A stretch of DNA of 64,000 bases from the NCBI GenBank assembly GCA_020137815.1, contig CM035359.1:7192001-7256000 (forward strand). Direction: 5' to 3'. The stretch's first letter is position 1. Every line of letters starts with the position of its first letter. The DNA is from Hormiphora californensis. Taxonomy: Eukaryota > Animalia > Ctenophora. The position numbers and the translations under genes are program-made. This document shows positions 25,660-37,947 of the stretch, piece by piece. A model generated the notes under the pieces. The model ran no database searches. It saw only the letters and a list, made by a program, of their open reading frames with translations, and was not told the DNA's origin.

Positions 25660-28600
25660 TTAAGAAGCATAAACTACACTGTCAATAATACTGGCATTTC
25701 TCTGCATTTCCTTATCAAGTAAATTTAGTTCCTGTCTAGCATTCGGTTCAGTGTGTCTCATATCTACTTGTACACCCACTGCATTTCCCTCACTTTCAAT
25801 GTACCCATCCCAAGATTCCCTGTCACTCTGCTCATAGGGAAGAAATTGAATCAATCGAAATGGAATGGCTAGTGTCTGGTTGCACTTTGAATCAGTCTCA
25901 AACTTTTTGGGCTGATCTTTTCTCGGGTATTCAGTTGTGGGTAACTCCTTGTCAGCTTCTATACCACCAAGATCACGTGAGAGATTTAATGACAATTCAA
26001 TGTCTCGTGGTGTTTCACATATCTTGTGTTCCTCTTCGAATTCTTGTGCTATTGACAGCTCAAGTTGTAGTGAGGGCGCGAGAAAATGTCCAAAGTGTCC
26101 GGGGAAGTCTTCAAAATCAGTAAGCTCAGCTTCAGAATTGAAAACTGAGGGGATCGGAGGTAGGGAGATGTCATCATCGGAGAAGTTTTCAATTGATGGG
26201 TGGTGGTATAGAGGTGGAACTGGCAGGTAAGCAGGTAGGTCTGTCTCCTGATATTGGATATCGGGTGATGTTGAAGAGGGAGAGATATATCTTGGAGTTG
26301 TGACGTCATCACGTGGAGTTGTGACGTCATCACGTGGAGTTGTGACGTCACTACGAGGGGTGCCACAACTGGACCCCTGATCTCTGGGAGGTGACATGTC
26401 AATTCGGAATGAGTTCAGAAGATGCTCCGTATCCAACTCTTCAAACAGTTCCTCCATCTTTCTCCTCTTTTCTGAAAAAGAAAGAAAATAGTTAGAAACC
26501 GAACTCAATAAAGGGAGGAATGTTAATCAAAAAAAGAAACAGTTGTTTTAACTCACCATCATTTTCGTATTGTAGAGTTGAAAATAGTTCATCCACTTCT
26601 CCCTCATCGAACTGCGGGATACTCTCACACGTCAACACACCTGTAGACATGGGAGATACTGTGATGATACTACCTATACTGTGATGTATCATGATGATGT
26701 ATCACGATACCTGGTTTGGGTTGAAACAAAAACCTACCAACAAATCTACCGGGTAACAGACAAACAGACAAACAGTTGACAAACACACAAACAGGTGACA
26801 GACAACTACTGCAACTACGCACCATCAACATGTCTGTGGGGGTGACTACTGCATGGGTTGCCTGGATCTATTGAGCAGGAGGGTTTATTATCCTCTTGAG
26901 ACCAGATATTCACCATTACCTAGTGGGAGAGAATGTGTGGAGTATTATCTACTACAGTCTGACCCCGATTTACCGGGCAATACCTGTTCCCCCGAGCATC
27001 CCATTAAATCAGTGTCCGCCAGTAAAACTAATTGATAGAATCGAATCTTTGATCTTCACTTTTCACAATTCTATCCGGCTTTCTAGAGCAGCACCAAGAG
27101 GCTCGCGGTATTCGTGTATCTCTGATCCATGCAATTATCTCTTCTCAAGCAATATCCCCCAGCTAAATAACTCTAGTACTCTCTCTCTCTCTCTCTCTCA
27201 CATCCCTCTCTCTCTCTCTCTCTCTCTCTCCTGCCCCTATCATTTCATCACCCGTGCCAAGGCGGTTGCTAGGGTTACCCTTGGAAGAGCGAGACTCTCC
27301 TATTGTTGTTTGTAAGGAAATTGCATGATCCCATCTCTATAGCTGGGTTCTCAGTTCTTTCTCTCTCTCTCTCCCTCTCTCACTCACTTTCTCTCTCTCC
27401 TCTTGGTCCCTTGGATTTACGCTTACTGCAGTGTTACTATCTTATTAGATTTAAAGATCCATTGAGGGAGAGAGAAGAATATATATAAGAGGAGCGGAGC
27501 GACCTTACCAAAATTAGTTGTTGCTATGGTAACCAAGTAGGGATGGGAAGAAATAAAAAACCTAGTGGAGACGTTGTAAGCTAATTCACCAAAACTGAAC
27601 TGAATGGAATGTTGCCTCAATCTACCTGGATATTGGAGGGGTCGATAGCACCAGCTCCAGAACAGGGTATATTGATAACATGGTAGTCACCTTCATCTGT
27701 CACCTGAAAATACAGATTTTATTAACACTGACACCAGCTTGAACTATTATATTACATCGTTGTTTTGATTTATTAACCAACCTCAGCAGTAGAGGTATTG
27801 GGTCTCTGAGATCTCTGATCAGGGAGTCGAGGTGAAAATGTTGATTTCCTTAGGTTGTCCAGAATTCGTTTCTTTGGTGACTCTGATCTTGAGACGGCCG
27901 GGAGTATTGAAGAAGAGGCAGTATTTACAGAAATCTCTGGTACCACATCAACAGAGCTTGGTTCCATGACCTCATAAGAGTGTAGTTTTGTTGTAGGTGA
28001 AGCTACTGTAATAGAACCTTCTAGATTTACAGGTTTACATGTCTCAGCTATTGGTGATGTATCTGGTACAACAGGCACACTGATGACAGTTGTTTGGCTA
28101 TCGGTTTCTGAGTACCCTCCCTCTGACACACTATCACCCTCGTTACCAAGGGGACCATCCTTGTTACCAAGGGGACCATCCTCGTTACCAAGGGGACCAC
28201 CCTCGTTACCAAGGGGACCACCCTCGTTACCAAGGGGACCATCCTCGTTACCAAGGGGACCATCCTCGTTACCAAGGGGACCATCAACCGACTGTTCTTC
28301 AAAACAGACTTTTTGAGAAATTTCAGTGTCTGAAGCAGACATGGTTTTCTCTGCAACATGGTTCTGTACATCATCTTGTTCCCCCTCTCCCACCACCCCA
28401 CTAATAATAACAGTTTCTGCACTATCCGATTGTAACTGATCAGTTGTGACGTCATTGTGATCAGCTGTGACGTCATTGTGATCCTTTGTGACGTCATTGT
28501 GATCAGCTGTGACGTCATTGTGATCAGCTGTGACGTCATTGTGATCTATTGTGACGTCATTGTGATCAGTTGTGACGTCATTGTGATCAGTTGTGACGTC

Positions 28601-30398
28601 ATTGTGATCAGTTGTGACGTCATTGTGATCAGTTGCCCCATCATTGTGATCACTTTGTGACGTCATCTTTGTGACGTCATCTCCAAACACAAGACTAGTC
28701 TGGCAATCAGCATAAGTACCAGATCTCTCCCACTGACAACCCGTCTCCTTCCTTGGTGAGAGCTGTGCCTCTGCGGAGTGCTGCTCGGTCTGGGTGAATG
28801 AGTCACTGAGACAAGTTATATCATTAGTTGGGGTGGCAGAACGATCAGAAACAGCAGGGGATGGGGAGCGGAGTAGTTCTGCTGGTTGTAGGGATATCGC
28901 CTTTTTCAACTGAAAAAGAGGGAAACATGTCTCAGATGACCGCATATTCAATATTTACTGTGATAAAACTAAATGTAACTGAAACAGCTGATAGAATCAA
29001 CTCACATCTTGAAAATAGTCCAGAACTACAGAGTCAGTTAGTTTCTTTGGTTGTTCTTCCTTGTCTTGCAGGATATTGCTCTGTGGGACGAAATGTAAAT
29101 GTGATATTGGAAATATTGACTCTTGTTCCTTTTACTTGGTATGCTTTGCAGGCTCAATCACCATCATGTGTGTATGAGACAATAATGATAATGATTGAAA
29201 CTCTGTAACGGTCACAGTTTGAATTAATCAGTAATATGATCCCGCTCTGAGGTGATGAAGGGGGCCACCCCTGTGTGTCACAGGGACCTGGGTGGACAGC
29301 TGGACAGCTGCCAAGTAAATCATGAAACACACACATGCACATGACGGAATAGGGAATGAGGAAAATGGTAGATATTTCTAAATCTGGAAAATGATACAGG
29401 GTGCTGCACTCTTTCGATGGTGTACCCGGTACACCAACGAAAGCAATGACTCACATGTGCGGCAAGATATTTTGAAAGAGAATCCTCCCCATTAGCAAAT
29501 GCCTTGTACTCGGAGATGTTACTGAACAGACTCTGGGTACTGCTAACACTTGGGATACTGAGGAATATGAAATAGATTAGGAATTAGGATTGTGAAATTG
29601 TCACATCAATAAAATACAGCCATAATTTTTATATCGTACCTGAAATAATCGTCCTCCATAAATTTTCCCTGGCTAAGTGTTTCCTCGTATACACTACTGG
29701 GCTGGTCCAATAACCCGGAACCACCTTTACCGACCTGGGGGGGGGAGATTATTTATCATGGATTCCAGGGGAGTGGGGTTCTGGAGACATTTGGATAACG
29801 TCCAGTGTGTGCTAGTCGTTAGTGAGACGACATTGTTTGGGGATGGTATCTAGTATCTGATCTAATAGAAAGGTGCAGCTCCAATGAGACATACCTGGTG
29901 AACAAGGTCGGCAGGGTTGAGAACATTCGATGTTTTCTTCTCAGCCAGATTATTCTGAATACTAGAAGCAAGGCCCATTGCTTTACTCAGGGAACGAATT
30001 CGGATTTTTATGTCATCTGAGGACGGACCTTCCTCTGTTTTGTCCTCCACAACAACTTTGGGCCGCTCTATCGCTTTCTTAGCAGCCAATCTCCCCTCTA
30101 CTCTCTTCCATAGTTCATCATTAGACGGAAGTTTTACAGGGCTGGGCTCAGCATCTCCCCTTTCAAAACTTTTATCAAACCCTCTCCCATACTCCACCTT
30201 CTCTTGAAGTCTCCTCAATACCCTGTCTTGTAGTAGCTCTCTAAAGGATGGTTTCTCAGACATCTTATCAGACGATGGCTGATCTGAGTTTTGCTCCGAT
30301 AAGTCGGGGGAGCCTCCGCCCGAGAGATTGTCCTCCTCAGAAACTGTAACTACACTTTCACAGGCGATATTTAGAGGTAACGCGTTCAAATCATTCAT
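25660..30398 (-). CDS. Large low-complexity, probably disordered protein (~1000 aa, at least 8 exons), unknown family
   Basis: Open exons 29894-30398, ~29640-29734, ~29455-29557, ~29006-29080, ~27782-28909, ~27626-27703, ~26557-26640, 25660-26471 with GT-AG ends; one small linking exon unresolved. Confidence 0.7.
28136..28680 (-). repeat. Two coding 21-bp minisatellites (GPLGNED x7; DHNDVTT x~10)
   Basis: Direct from sequence and ORF 27773-28951. Confidence 0.92.
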
Positions 30399-30449
30399 TC
30401 TAAATAAGGGAATATTTCATTAAAATATAAAATATTGCTTATGCTAAAA

Positions 30450-31555
30450 GCAAGCCCTTCAAAACGCTGCTGGCAGCGCTTTTCAAAACACTGGCAAATG
30501 CTTCTGGCCCCCGATAAGGCAGCGTTTTTCAATTCAAAACTTGGCAAACGCTGCTGGCCCCCGATAGCGCAGGATATATATAATAAGGCAGCGCTTTTCA
30601 AATTCAAAACAAAAGTACAAAAAGATTAAGGAACCATAATAAAGTTCAAGAGCCTCCAAGAGCACCCAAGAGCGCACCCGATCGAAGAGAGACCACACCT
30701 GAGAGCGCACCACACCCAAAAGAGACCACATCCAAGAGCGCACCACCTCCAGAAGACACCACTTCAAGAGCGCACCACATCAAAGAGAGCTCCCCATCCA
30801 GAAGATACCACGCGCAGGGGACACCACGCGCAGAAGAGACCAGCGCGGCGTTGTATTTGCGCGTGCGGTCTCTTCTGCGCGTGGTGTCCCCTGCGCGCGG
30901 TATCTTCTGGATGGGGAGCTCTCTTTGATGTGGTACGCTCTTGGAGTGGTGTCTTTTGGAGGTGGTACGCTCTTGGATGGGGTGCGCTCTTGAACTTTAT
31001 TATGGTTCCTTTTTGGTTCCGTTCGTTCATTTTCAAAAAGTTCGATTAGCCGCGCGTGTAAAGTGAGTACGCTGCATTGCAGGTGCCGCGCGCAAGCGTC
31101 ACCGCCGCGCAATTCTGCCCAGTACAGTTAAAAAGTCTGAAACTTTTTTAGAAAAACTTTTTACAGAGATTTTTTACCGATTTTCTTAACCAAGCCGAAT
31201 TTTCCGACGTCTCTTTCCATGATAATCGATTTCTGTGACTAAACCAAGACAACTATTAACTGTACCTACTCCATGTGATGAATATCATGAAGAAAAATGT
31301 ATTTTGTGTCAGGAAACGACCTGAATGTCCGGTCCGGTCCGGTGTCAGGCAGGTGCCCGGACGACGGACACGGCTAGTTGTGTGCCGCAATCGCCATAGA
31401 TAGAGTCCCATACACATAATTTGCCCTGAATTTGGACCTGCCCTGAATTCGGACCTGCCTTGAATTCGGACCTGCCCTGAACTCGGGCCTGCCCTGGGTT
31501 CAGACCTGTCGGCACGGGGCTAGGTTCTCTGTCGAAGTTCTACCGACATCCCTTG
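30450..31555. mobile_element. Interspersed repeat, possibly Helitron-like; further copies at 33755-34475 and 34720-35690
   Basis: Near-identical blocks; ends ...GGACACGGCTAG|T after a GC-rich imperfect hairpin; GACCTGCCCT subrepeats also at 35965 and 54950. Confidence 0.6.
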
Positions 31556-31631
31556 TTTAAACCGCTTTAGGAAACCGCTGATGTGAACTGTATAATTTCA
31601 CCTCTCAGCCTTGTATCACTTTTATTGGTGC

Positions 31632-32540
31632 AGATTCAAGATTCAAGATTCAAGATTCAAATTAAAAAGTATTTAACAATAATATTATTGTCATATAACT
31701 ATATAAAAAGGTGGGAGTAGGAGGGGTAGAGAGAGGGTTCAGAGGGGTAAGTGATGGGTAGAGAGGAATGGTATGATGGGCGGTGGTAGTGAGTGTATTA
31801 TGGGTTGATGATGGTGTGAATCAGGTGAGAGAGATTATGATTGATATGTGAGGGGAAGACATGACCACGGAGGGAGGTTCTGTCCTGATCTGTTAGGCGG
31901 TCTCGAGCTGATTTGGTGCGAATGCATTCATTCAGCATGTGCCACTCATCTTGGATGATGGGATCGAAGAAAGGGAGGGCACGCAGAAGAAGTATAGACT
32001 CGGGTGAGGAGCAATCATCACAGAGGCGCTCGGATCTGTCGGTTTTGTTATGGCGTCCGGTTTCGATTCTTAGGCGGTGGGTACTCGTTCTTAACTTGAT
32101 GAAGTCATGTGCCGTCCTTCTTTCTAGGTAATCCTCAAAGCCATGGCCGGTCTTGACACAGTTGTAGAATTCAAGCTTCCGGTTGCTGTGGCGAATATCG
32201 TCCCATTGGGTCCAAAACCAATATGAGATACGGGCCTGCACGAGTTGGGAATTAGGGAGAAGTGTCTTCTGCGGGTGGTGTGCATTGGAGTCGAATATTT
32301 CGGAGGTCCTTAGGACACTTTGATACCAGGGCAACTGTAGTCGCTTCTGTTCGTTATAGGCGTGTACGACTAGCTTGCTTTGGTTATCGAGGGTGTTGCT
32401 CATGATACATAGTCTATTGTGGAAGTCCAGCAGGTGTTTGGTGTTTCTTACGGCCAGGGGGACTATACCAGTGTCCCCGTAGAGTGGAGGTAGCGGTGTG
32501 TTTTTTCCGAAGTCCTAAAAAAGGTGTAAGAGCCTTTTGA
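31632..32540 (-). mobile_element. 5'-truncated non-LTR retrotransposon (LINE) 3' end
   Basis: ORF 31798-32403 with KLRTSTHRLRIETGRH...RLCDDC...DEWHMLNEC C-terminal Zn motif; (TTGAATC)n tail at 31632-31660. Confidence 0.85.
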
Positions 32541-32597
32541 ATTATCATTTCTGTTTCTACCATTCCCCATCTAAATACTCTAAATTGCACTAGCACT

Positions 32598-33433
32598 ATG
32601 GATGTGTCAAATAAACCAATGAACGGTGATAACCACACCAACTGGAAGGAAAATATCCACCAACCTGCGAAGGATCATCGATACAAGACTTCAGTGAGTA
32701 GATAGAGCAGAGATACTAGTCTTCAGTAAGTTGAGAGAGAATAACACCCTTACCCCGTAACTACGTCAACTATTGCACAGATTTCATTAAGTTGAATAAT
32801 CTACATCCGTGACATTGGTTGATAACACTTTCTTTCCAGGATGTCACAGGAACAAAAGGCAATGAATTCGAGGACTTTTGTCTCAACAGAGATCTACAAA
32901 TGGGAATCTATGAGAAGGGATATGAGAAGCCATCACCAATCCAGGAAGAAAGCATTCCTATCGCTCTTGCGGGTACGTAGATTTGAAATAATGGCGGATA
33001 ATTTAGTGGCTATCATCTCAAGTTGATTTGATATGATTTGATTTGAACAAGGATTAAAAAATTAATTATTTTCCTTCAGGCAGAGATATCCTAGCTCGTG
33101 CAAAGAACGGTACTGGCAAGACTGCCGCTTATCTTATTCCAATTATTGAGCGGGTCAAAATTAATTTGAACGAAATACAAGGTAAATAATGTCCTTGATG
33201 CTTGAATCAAGCAACATCCCTCCATGTCTAGTTTCCTATTCAGCATCAAATCCCATTCCAGTTCACTGATCCTCCTCCTCTCTCCACAGCACTGGTGATT
33301 GTCCCTACCCGAGAGTTAGCCCTCCAAACCTCCCAATTGTGCAAGGAGCTAGGTAGACATCTCAAGGTGCAGGTGATGGTTAGTACCGGTGGAACCAACC
33401 TTCGTGATGACATCCTTCGATTGTACAATCCTG
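32598..33433 (+). pseudogene. DDX6: Partial duplicate of DDX6 (exons 1-4 only)
   Basis: Exons near-identical to 37948-39053; similarity breaks off at ~33754 in intron 4. Confidence 0.85.
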
Positions 33434-34485
33434 GTAAGATATGTGACACAAGATGGCGGGGGGGGGGGGGCGGGGTGCTTAGACACGGGTCACAGAAGAT
33501 GGGGATGGGGTGTATCACACACAGTTCTTATTGTTGTGAAGGTTCATGTTAGTCCCGCGGTAGAAATTATTTAGAAATTGTACTTTGCTTGTGGTATCGT
33601 GCATAGTGTTAAAGATGCATGGTCTGGTATAGTCTTGATCGAATCTTCCAGACAGTGCTAGTCCCTCTAATACCTCCTTATTGTTTTATAATTCTCATCA
33701 GATAGATATATCAGATAGATATCAGTTTAAATCATGCATGCCAGTGATGATTACTAGCGCAGGATATATATAAAAGGCAGCGCTTTTCAAATTCAAAACA
33801 AAAGTACAAAAAGATTAAGGAACCTAAATATTCAAAGCCTCCAAGAGCACCCAAGAGCGCACCCGATCGAAGAGAGACCACACCTGAGGCGCACCACACC
33901 CCAAAGAGACCACATCCAGAGCGCACCGCACCACCTCCAAAGACACCACTTCAAGAGCGCACCACATCAAAGAGAGCTCCCCATCCAAAGATACCACGCG
34001 CAGGGACACCACGCGCAGAAGAGACCAGCGCGGCGTTGTATTTGCGCGTGCGGTCTCTTCTGCGCGTGGTGTCCCCTGCGCGCGGTATCTTCTGGATGGG
34101 GAGCTCTCTTTGATGTGGTACGCTCTTGGAGTGGTGTCTTTTGGAGGTGTGTACGCTCTTGGATGGGGTGCGCTCTTGAACTTTATTATGGTTCCTTTTT
34201 GGTTCCGTTCGTTCATTTTCAAAAAGTTCTGTTACCGCGCGTGTAAAGTGAGTACGCGCTGCATTGCAGGTGCCGCGCAGCGAAGCGTCACCCCGCCGCG
34301 CAATTCTGCCCAGTACATTAAAAGTCTGAAACTTTTTTAGAAAAACTTTTTACAGAGATTTTTTACCGATTTTCTTAACCAGCCGAATTTTCCGACGTCT
34401 CTTTCCCATGATAATCGATTTCTGTGACTAAACCAAGACAACTATTAACTGTACCTACTCCATGTGATGAATATCACCACTCCCC

Positions 34486-34679
34486 TGAAGTCTCCTCAAT
34501 ACCCTGTCTTGTAGTAGCTCTCTAAAGGAAGGTTTCTCAGACATCTTATCAGACGATGGCTGATCTGAGTTTTGCTCCGATAAGTCGGGGGAGCCTCCGC
34601 CCGAGAGATTGTCCTCCTCAGAAACTGTAACTACACTTTCACAGGCGATATTTAGAGGTAACGCGTTCAAATCATTCAT
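34486..34679 (-). pseudogene. Partial duplicate of first exon of the 25660-30398 gene
   Basis: First 65 codons give the same peptide (MNDLNALPLN...LRRLQ), then an abrupt junction. Confidence 0.85.
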
Positions 34680-36129
34680 TCTAAAGAAGGGAACATTTCG
34701 TTAAAACATTGATTATGCTAAAAGCAAGCCCTTCAAAACGCTGCTGGCAGCGATTTTCAAAACATTGGCAAACGCTGCTGGCCCCTGATAAGGCAGCGTT
34801 TTTCAATTCAAAACTTGGCAAACGCTGCTGGCCCCCGACAGCGCGGCCAGCGTTAAAATCTGGGTGTTTTGGGAGTGCTGACAAACGGTTTTTTAGGGTT
34901 AGGGCTAAAGTAGGGTTAGGGTTAGGGTTGGGGTTTGGGTTGGGGTTAGGCCTTGACATTTCCTACCAGATAAACTTTGAATCAGCCAAAACGGTTGAGT
35001 GGTTTGGCGGTTAGAGCCATTTTAGTGAATCAACTTTTTTGGTAGCGCGCACCTGTAAACAGGCCTCCAAACACCCAGATCGTAACGGCGCCCCGATAGC
35101 GCAGGATAAGGCAGCGCTTTTCAAATTCAAAACAAAAGTACTTGGCAAACATTGCTGCCAGCTGTACTTTTGTTGAAAAGCGCTGCCTTATCCCGCGCTA
35201 TCGGGGGCCAGCAATTTGCTGGCCCCCGATAGCGCGGGATAAGGCAGCGCTTTTCAACAAAAGTACAAAAAGTTTTGGTCCCGTTCGTTCATTTTCAAAA
35301 AGTTCGATCCCGGCCGCCCGGGTCCGCGCGGTGTAAAGTGAGTACGCTGCATTGCAGGTGCCGCGCAAGCGTCACCGCAATTCTGCCCGGCCCAGTTAAA
35401 AAGTCTGAAACTTTAAAAAAAAAACTTTTTACAAAGATTTTTTACCGATTCTCTTAACCAAGCCGAATTCTCCGACGTCTCCTTCCATGATAATCGATTT
35501 CTGTGACTAAACCAAGACAACTATTAACTGTACCTACTCCATGTGATGAATACCATGAAGAACAATGTATTTTATGTCAGTAAACGACCTGGAAGTCCGG
35601 TCCGGTGTCAGGCGGGTGCCCGGACACGGCTAGTTATGAGCCGCAATCCCCATAGATAGAGTCCCATTCCCATACACATAATTTACCCGTAGAAATATCA
35701 CTTGAGTCATCTCTTAATAGTCATCTCTTCATAGTTGATACACAGGCCTAGTGGTTTGTGTGCTTTTATTCTAGACTGGGGTCTGGGCAGACTCAGGGTG
35801 AGGATCGGCGTCTGCGTGCATTGATTGGTCAGTGAAGCAGCTGTGATTTCATTTGATGTGATGCGGAGCACAGTTCGCCGTCTGCAGAGATGCGGGATGC
35901 CGTTCGGCGGCATGAACTGGGTGTGGCCTCTGGTTGCAATGAGTTGATGCACGATGCGTTACGGACCTGCCCTGAGTTCGGACCTGCCCTGGATTCGGAC
36001 CTGCCGGCAGCTGCCCTAAGTTCTCTGTCGAAGTTCTATCGACCTGCCAAGATATTGTTTAGTATAAGGATTTGGTACTTATGGTTGACGAATACTAGTT
36101 CTGGGACTTTTGTTCTGCACACTTGTCGT

Positions 36130-37470
36130 TCTCTTATAAACAACGGTCGGAAGTGGAGACTAGCGGTGAACTGTGATAGAAATAAAACAGAGATTGTCAT
36201 CATCAGACCAAGGGGTTCATCAGATGATAGTGCATCACCTCAGCAACTGAAGATTGGAAATAAAGTTGTCTCTTTTGCCAAGAATAGTAAAGTCCTTGAT
36301 AGTAACCTAAATTTCATGACTCATGCTGCTGATGTACTGAAAAGATGCTGGTTTAACTGGAACACATTAACCTCCATGACTGGTCGACTGACAGGGATTA
36401 ACAGTTCGGGGCTTTCGCTACTATTCAGAACAGTAATCTTGACAAAGATCCTTTATGCAGCACCAGTTTGGTTAAGACAGCGAACGGACTTCTTCGGAGA
36501 TCTTCTTTCCCGAGCACGGCTGAAGATAACAGGGGGACAAGTTCACATAGCCAAACCTCTGTCAGAACTCCTAGCATGCGTGCCTCCTATTGACGTTCTT
36601 GTGGAAACAGTGGTAACCAAATTTGTCCTAAAAGGCCTTGCAGCTAAAGATAATATATCAGCCAAACTACTACAAATTGAAGCGGAACAAAATCATGTGT
36701 TCTTCTGGCAGATTGCTGCTACCAAAAGATATTTGGTTTGGAAGTCAACTCAACTAGACGGTGTCCAGATCCAGGATTCTAACAGAGATTCAATCAGAAC
36801 TATTAACTTGGGAAGTTTAGAGCCGGACACTTTCCTGTACTCAAAAGAGGAAATGAGACAGTACACATGTAGTTTATGGGACCGGTCACTCAAATCATCG
36901 ATTAACCATTTGACTCGAGATGACCCTTTCAGCATACTTCCTATTCACTCTCAAGAAGAACTCGCCAACCTTATCAACTCAGAGGCCACTTTGGATTTCC
37001 CCATAATTCCAAGAAACATGTCCCGACAGAACTCATCTCAGGTCTTAGACTTTGTACATGGCAGATCCTTACGTTTTCAAGACTTCAGCTTCAGTTACCT
37101 GAGATACGAGCGATCACTTACAGTTCCCAATTGTCTTGAATGTGGCCAACTCCCAGATTCAACATTCCACAAGTTGTTTGAATGTTCTGCGATAAAAGAT
37201 GTGGAAGGGCCCCGTGAGGAACTAAGGGTGATATCTTCTTATGAAATGAACTTCCATCTTCCACTAATTTTCTCCAAAGACAAGCAGGTAAAATCGAACT
37301 TTAGAAAGCTAGTAAGAGCTGTAATAGAACAATCTTTATTTGGGGATCAACTGCTTGTGTAATGGGTTTATATTCTAATCAATTGTAAATGTATAACTGA
37401 CCAGCCCGAGACGTACACACTGTGTACGAATCGCACTCCACGGAGTGAATTTTTAACTAACTTATTTAAT
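36130..37470 (+). mobile_element. 5'-truncated LINE (end of RT, thumb, C-terminal Zn motif)
   Basis: KWRLAVN..KTEIVII, LDSNLNF..H, LFRTVILTKILYAAPVW, CLECG...TFHKLFEC; A/T-rich tail. Confidence 0.85.
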
Positions 37471-37947
37471 CAATTTATAATATATTTTAATCATTATCTA
37501 ATCAGTATTTTAATCGACATTTTATATTTTTTGTATGATCTGACAGCTGAGAAAGTGTGAAAGAGACCTAGAGAGTTCCATTTTCCTCGCAAATAGGAGG
37601 GCAATATTGACAGTGTCAAATTATTGTAAACAGATTTAATAATAATATAAACAACGGTATACAACCAACTACAATTACAGAGGTTACAATACTGAATTTA
37701 GATAAACTATAAAGTCTGCGTCAACGATAATAATTTAATAATCAGATCTAGATGACGGTCCTCATTACTCCAACTCTACACTAATTCGTAATTATTCAAA
37801 CTGGTTGCTTCGCTGATACTAACACACCTTGTAACTGTAACGTAACTGCACGCCGACTAGAACCAATTACATACACCTAAACTTTTTGAATTATCATTTC
37901 AATTTTCTACCATTCCCCATCTAAATACTCAAAATCACAATAGCACT

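Noticed and set aside
30764-31112. ORFs repeated at 33824-34222
   Set aside because: Frames are not preserved between copies; non-coding repeat
35890-36130. N-terminal 80 aa of the 490-aa ORF
   Set aside because: Chance read-through from repeat DNA into a truncated LINE
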